Assembly (NCBI GenBank): GCA_964514585.1
Contig: CAZETU010000001.1
Span: forward strand, 225,309-289,308
Length of the DNA: 64,000 nucleotides
DNA from: Candidatus Woesearchaeota archaeon
GTDB lineage: Archaea; Nanobdellota; Nanobdellia; Pacearchaeales; GW2011-AR1
Direction of reading: 5' to 3'
Made by a program: the position numbers and the translations under genes. This document shows, in pieces, positions 59,737 to 64,000 of the stretch. The first letter of the stretch is position 1. Every line of letters begins with the position of its first letter. The notes under the pieces were generated by a model. It did not search any database, was not told the origin of the DNA, and saw only the letters and a program-made list of their open reading frames with translations.

Positions 59737-60060
59737 TTGCAAAATGCCCTTGAAAGAGGCGATAATTTGGAGAAAGCCAAACAAAGTTTCATAAATTCTG
59801 GATACACATCCGAAGAAGTCGAAACTGCCACGGCAAAACTCTCTCAATCACCAGAATCACAATCAACACCACAGCCAGAAGTGGCAGTACCAAGTCCCCA
59901 ATCAGCACCAGTAACCCAACCACTACCAGCTCAGCCACAAGTCAAACAACCACCAAAACAAGCATCAAAAACATTCTTAATAATATTAGTCATTATATCG
60001 ATATTAATTCTAGGAGTCGCTGGAGCCGTAGGATTATTCTGGGACAAAATATTCGGTTAA
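59737..60060 (+). CDS. Hypothetical protein with Pro/Gln linker and C-terminal TM
   Basis: NALERG..LEKAKQSFINSGY; start codon unclear (TTG, or non-canonical upstream). Confidence 0.6.
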   Translation: MQNALERGDNLEKAKQSFINSGYTSEEVETATAKLSQSPESQSTPQPEVAVPSPQSAPVTQPLPAQPQVKQPPKQASKTFLIILVIISILILGVAGAVGLFWDKIFG

Positions 60061-60061
60061 A

Positions 60062-60589
60062 ATGGAAATTTATCAACCCGCAGAAGACTCATACCTTTTC
60101 CAAAATTTCCTAGAAAAATATCTAACAAAAAATAAAATCAATTCCTATCTAGATATGGGAACAGGATCGGGGATATTAGCCAAAACAGCTTCGAAATTTA
60201 TAAGTAAAAAAAATATCCTAGCAACAGACATCAACCCAGAGGCAATCAAAATTCTTAAAAAAGAAAAATTTAACGCAACTCAAACAAATCTTTTTTCAAA
60301 AATAAAAAGCAAATTCGATATTATAACTTTTAACGCACCATATTTGCCAAGAGACCCAAGAGAACCAAAATCATCACAGTTAGCAACAACCGGAGGTAAA
60401 AATGGAGATGAAATTTCATTAAAATTTATAAAACAAGCAAAAAAACACATAAAAGAAAACGGGAAAATATTCTTATTAATTTCATCCCTGACTCCAACAA
60501 ATAGATTAAAAAAATTCAAATATAAAATCGTAGCAAAAAAGAAAATTTTCATGGAAGAACTCCTAATTTTAGACATATTCCCAAACTAG
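60062..60589 (+). CDS. prmC: HemK2/PrmC-type SAM methyltransferase (release factor Gln methylase-like)
   Basis: YQPAEDSYL, LDMGTGSG and FNAPY. Confidence 0.85.
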   Translation: MEIYQPAEDSYLFQNFLEKYLTKNKINSYLDMGTGSGILAKTASKFISKKNILATDINPEAIKILKKEKFNATQTNLFSKIKSKFDIITFNAPYLPRDPREPKSSQLATTGGKNGDEISLKFIKQAKKHIKENGKIFLLISSLTPTNRLKKFKYKIVAKKKIFMEELLILDIFPN

Positions 60590-60663
60590 ACATTAAACCA
60601 TAACTATCTTTATATACGCCTCACAGCTTCTCAATTCATGGTAGCAAAGGAGGAATTATTGTA

Positions 60664-61857
60664 ATGAAATTTGCGCATTTAGCAGATTGTCACCTAGGAA
60701 GTTGGCGCCAAGAAGAGCTCCAAAAATTAAATTTCCAATCATTCCAAAAAATAGTCGATCGGTGTATTCAAGAAAAAGTCGACTTCGTTTTAATCTCAGG
60801 AGATTTATTCGATTCAGCGTACCCACCAATAGAAATATTAAAAGATTCATTCGCAGAATTCAAAAAAATAAAAGATGCAGGAATCCCAGTTTATTTAATC
60901 GCAGGCAGTCATGATTTTTCAGCCTCGGGAAAAACATTTCTAGACGTTCTTGAAAAAGCAGGATTCTGTAAAAACATAGAAAACTGGGAAGTTCAAGAAG
61001 ACGGCAGAATAAAACTAAAAGCCCACATGCACGAGAACATAGCTATCTACGGTTACCCAGGAAGAAAATCAGGAATGGAAATCGAAGATCTAAGAAAAAT
61101 TTATTTCGAATCGGTCCATCCATTCACAATTTTCATGATTCACACAACAATCAAGGATGTTATAGGAACGCTACCAATCGATTCAATAGAAAAACAGAAA
61201 CTCCCCATCGCAGACTATTACGCAATGGGTCACATTCATCAAAAATTTGAAACACAAGAAGGAAGCTCAAGATACGTTTACCCCGGCCCAACATTCCCAA
61301 ACAACTTCCAAGAATTAGCAGATTTAAAACACGGTAGTTTTCATCTAGTCGAAATTTCCGGCGGGAAAATCAAAACACAAAGTATACCAGTCCCACTAAA
61401 AGAAGTTGCCTATATTGAAATCGAAATCAGCAACGGACTAATCGCAACTCAACAAATAATTTCAGAACTCGACAAGCTAAATCTCAGAGATAAAATCGTG
61501 TTACTAAAACTAAAAGGAATATTGACCCAAGGAAAAACAGGAGATATTAGATTTAACGAAATCGAAGATTTCATAAACAAAAAAGAAGCACACGTATTTC
61601 TAAGAAATATATCCTCAATAAAAGTTCAAGAATCCGAATTTGAAATAGAATCATCCCCAACAGACAATGTCGAGAACATAGAAAAAAAAATATTAGGCGA
61701 ATACTCTAAAAAACATCCAACAGATTTCAATAAATATCTTCCACAATTAATGACGGCATTATCTCTAGAAAAAAACGAAGACGAAAAATCCATAATATAC
61801 GAAGATAGGCTTATATCAGAATTAAAAAACATTTTAGGGATCACAGAAGTATTATGA
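60664..61857 (+). CDS. mre11: Mre11 nuclease
   Basis: HLADCHLG, ISGDLFD, AGSHD, AMGHIH and YPG. Confidence 0.95.
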   Translation: MKFAHLADCHLGSWRQEELQKLNFQSFQKIVDRCIQEKVDFVLISGDLFDSAYPPIEILKDSFAEFKKIKDAGIPVYLIAGSHDFSASGKTFLDVLEKAGFCKNIENWEVQEDGRIKLKAHMHENIAIYGYPGRKSGMEIEDLRKIYFESVHPFTIFMIHTTIKDVIGTLPIDSIEKQKLPIADYYAMGHIHQKFETQEGSSRYVYPGPTFPNNFQELADLKHGSFHLVEISGGKIKTQSIPVPLKEVAYIEIEISNGLIATQQIISELDKLNLRDKIVLLKLKGILTQGKTGDIRFNEIEDFINKKEAHVFLRNISSIKVQESEFEIESSPTDNVENIEKKILGEYSKKHPTDFNKYLPQLMTALSLEKNEDEKSIIYEDRLISELKNILGITEVL

Positions 61858-63902
61858 TATTCAAAAAGTTAACAATTCAAAATATTAGAAGTTACGAAAA
61901 TCTCACAATTGAATTTCCAAAAGGCTCAGTTTTATTGGCAGGAGATATTGGATCAGGGAAAACTTCAATTTTATTAGGACTTCAATTCGCATTATTCGGT
62001 CTTCAGCCAGGTCAAAAGGGAATGTCAATTCTAAGACAAGGAAAAGAGAGCGCATACGCATGTGTTGAGCTAGATATCGACGGGGAAGTTATAACATTAG
62101 AAAGATCAATAAAAAAAGCAAAAAACGGAAGCATTACCCAAGACTCAAACATCATCACGATAGGAACATCAAGAGAAGAACTTTCAACCTCAGAAATGAA
62201 AGACAGAGTAATCAGACTTCTAAACTATCCAAAAGAATTCGTCAAAAAATCAAATCTCCTTTACAAATTCACAGTATATACTCCCCAAGAAGAAATGAAA
62301 TCAATAATACAAGAGAGACCAGAAATCAGACTCGACACATTAAGACACATCTTCGGAATAGACCGTTACAAAAGAATTAAAGACAATTCACAAATCCTTC
62401 TACAAAACGTCAAAGAAGCTATAAAAATAAAAGAAATTCTAGCCGCAGAACTAAATCTCTTAAAAGAAAAATTCACAGCAGAAAATGAAAATAAAATAAC
62501 ACTAGCAAGAGAAACAAATAACCTAAACCTTGAATATCAAAACCTCTTAGTTTCCAAAGAACAATCCGAAGAAAAATTAACCTCAAATCAAAAAATCCTA
62601 GATGAGAAGAAAGATTTACTCTCAGAAATGTCCAGACTTCAGGTTTTCATTCAAGGAAAAAAAGATTTAGAATCAAGAATGAAAAAAGAAATGATGCTAA
62701 TGCAAAAACAAACCCAAGAAAAAATAGATTTTTCTGAAGACAGACTCCAGGGAGTATTAGACCTTTTAGAAAAACACAAAAAAATCCTAGAAGAAAAAAA
62801 CTCTAAATTCTTAGAATTAACTTCAAAAATATCTGCATTAAACGCCCAAAAAGAAACCCCACAAAAACTTCAAGACAAAATAACATCACTAGAAAATTGT
62901 CCAACATGTTTTCAAACAGTAAGTTCAGATCACAAGGAGAAGATCACAAAACGAACACAATTTGACATCGAAGAAATTACTAGAGAACTAGAACAAAAAC
63001 TCCAAGAAAGACAATCTTTAGTTGGTGAAATAGAAAGAGAAAAAGAATTAACTTCAGGCTATGAAACAGATAAAAATAACTTCCAGCAAAATAAAATAAA
63101 ATACGAACACCAGAGATCAATCGAAACCAAAATTAAAAGCGACGCATTCGTACTTGATAGAACAACCAACGAAATAATAGAATTGCAATCACAAATGGAA
63201 CAATTAAAAACAAGAACTCAAGATTGTACAGAGTTCCAAGAGATATTCGACAAGTCTAAAGCAGAATTTCAAGAAATCAACGAAATACTCAGAAAAAAAG
63301 AAATCACCCTAGCAACAAAAAACAAGGAATTGGAAATTCTGAAAAAAACTCTTGAGAGCTTATCTTTAGAAATCAAAAACAAAGAAAAAATCAGAGAACA
63401 AATCAATTATCTTAGAGGACTTCAAGATTGGATTCAAGAAAAATTCATAACAATGATAAACTTAACAGAAAAAAATGTCATGGCAAAACTTAGAAGCGAA
63501 TTCTCGAAAATATTTTCTGAATGGTTCTCAATGCTAGTCTCAGAATCTCTCTCAGTCAGACTCGACGAAGACTTCACTCCAATCATCACAAATCAAGATT
63601 ACGAAATCGACTACGACTTCCTTTCTGGCGGTGAAAGAACAGCAACAGCCCTAGCATACAGACTAGCACTAAACCAAGTCCTGAACTCAATGCTCTCACA
63701 AATAAAAACAAAAGATGTAGTAATTCTAGATGAACCAACCGACGGCTTCGCAAGCGAACAAATAGATAAAATGCGAGACATCTTCGAACAACTCAAAGCC
63801 GAACAAACAATCCTAGTAAGTCACGAAGAAAAAATCGAAGGATTCGTAGATCACGTAATCAGAATAAGAAAAGACGGAACCAGCTCAATCCAAAACACTT
63901 AG
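61854..63902 (+). CDS. rad50: Rad50 ATPase (short coiled coil, 682 aa)
   Basis: GDIGSGKTS, zinc hook CPTC, LSGGE and ILDEPT. Confidence 0.95.
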   Translation: MIFKKLTIQNIRSYENLTIEFPKGSVLLAGDIGSGKTSILLGLQFALFGLQPGQKGMSILRQGKESAYACVELDIDGEVITLERSIKKAKNGSITQDSNIITIGTSREELSTSEMKDRVIRLLNYPKEFVKKSNLLYKFTVYTPQEEMKSIIQERPEIRLDTLRHIFGIDRYKRIKDNSQILLQNVKEAIKIKEILAAELNLLKEKFTAENENKITLARETNNLNLEYQNLLVSKEQSEEKLTSNQKILDEKKDLLSEMSRLQVFIQGKKDLESRMKKEMMLMQKQTQEKIDFSEDRLQGVLDLLEKHKKILEEKNSKFLELTSKISALNAQKETPQKLQDKITSLENCPTCFQTVSSDHKEKITKRTQFDIEEITRELEQKLQERQSLVGEIEREKELTSGYETDKNNFQQNKIKYEHQRSIETKIKSDAFVLDRTTNEIIELQSQMEQLKTRTQDCTEFQEIFDKSKAEFQEINEILRKKEITLATKNKELEILKKTLESLSLEIKNKEKIREQINYLRGLQDWIQEKFITMINLTEKNVMAKLRSEFSKIFSEWFSMLVSESLSVRLDEDFTPIITNQDYEIDYDFLSGGERTATALAYRLALNQVLNSMLSQIKTKDVVILDEPTDGFASEQIDKMRDIFEQLKAEQTILVSHEEKIEGFVDHVIRIRKDGTSSIQNT

Positions 63903-64000
63903 CTCACCAGAGATACCTACTGGGTAAAAACTCGTTTTTAAGAACATCCAAAACACTTAGCTCACCAGAGATACCTACTGGGTAAAAACTCGTTTTTAAG
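63888..64000. repeat. 58-bp exact tandem repeat (at least 2 copies; cut by the window edge)
   Basis: Unit atccaaaacacttagctcaccagagatacctactgggtaaaaactcgtttttaagaac at 63888 and again at 63946. Confidence 0.95.

Noticed and set aside
63888-64000. CRISPR array
   Set aside because: The copies are contiguous with no unique spacer, the unit is 58 bp, and there are no cas genes in the window.
1-64000. Mobile elements or provirus, including integration at tRNA-Phe
   Set aside because: No transposase, integrase or viral hallmark was recognised; the tRNA duplication involves the 5' half and promoter, not the 3' end typical of att sites.

Overview
This is an archaeal DPANN-type chromosome segment, most likely Pacearchaeota/Nanobdellota. 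The assignment is an inference from the archaeal 16S/23S rRNA, a fused PriS-PriL primase, a form III-type RuBisCO, a short Rad50 and many class-III-signal-peptide surface proteins. Housekeeping content: PCNA, primase, class II LysRS, CysRS, TrmY, a 16S-tRNA(Ala)-23S operon, tRNA-Phe, RNase P RNA, rps2/eno/rpoK, the exosome-SBDS-proteasome-Pop5 superoperon, RNase J, PrmC/HemK and Mre11-Rad50. The top novelty is an unannotated 41-aa ORF (34655..34780; acidic leader plus a CKGWCHDF-containing core) directly upstream of a complete radical SAM/SPASM enzyme and a GNAT, i.e. a candidate RiPP cluster in a minimal archaeon. Other features absent from the ORF track: a 54-aa minimal histone-fold gene (18684..18848); a >1230-aa Cys-rich surface protein with an internal Gly/Ala hydrophobic region (<1..3691); RNase P RNA with a compensatory P4 change; degenerate tRNA twins upstream of both tRNA genes; palindromic operator-like sites at a wHTH gene; and a 58-bp tandem repeat at the right edge. 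No transposase, integrase or CRISPR array was seen. All family assignments come from motif recognition by eye; no database search was run.
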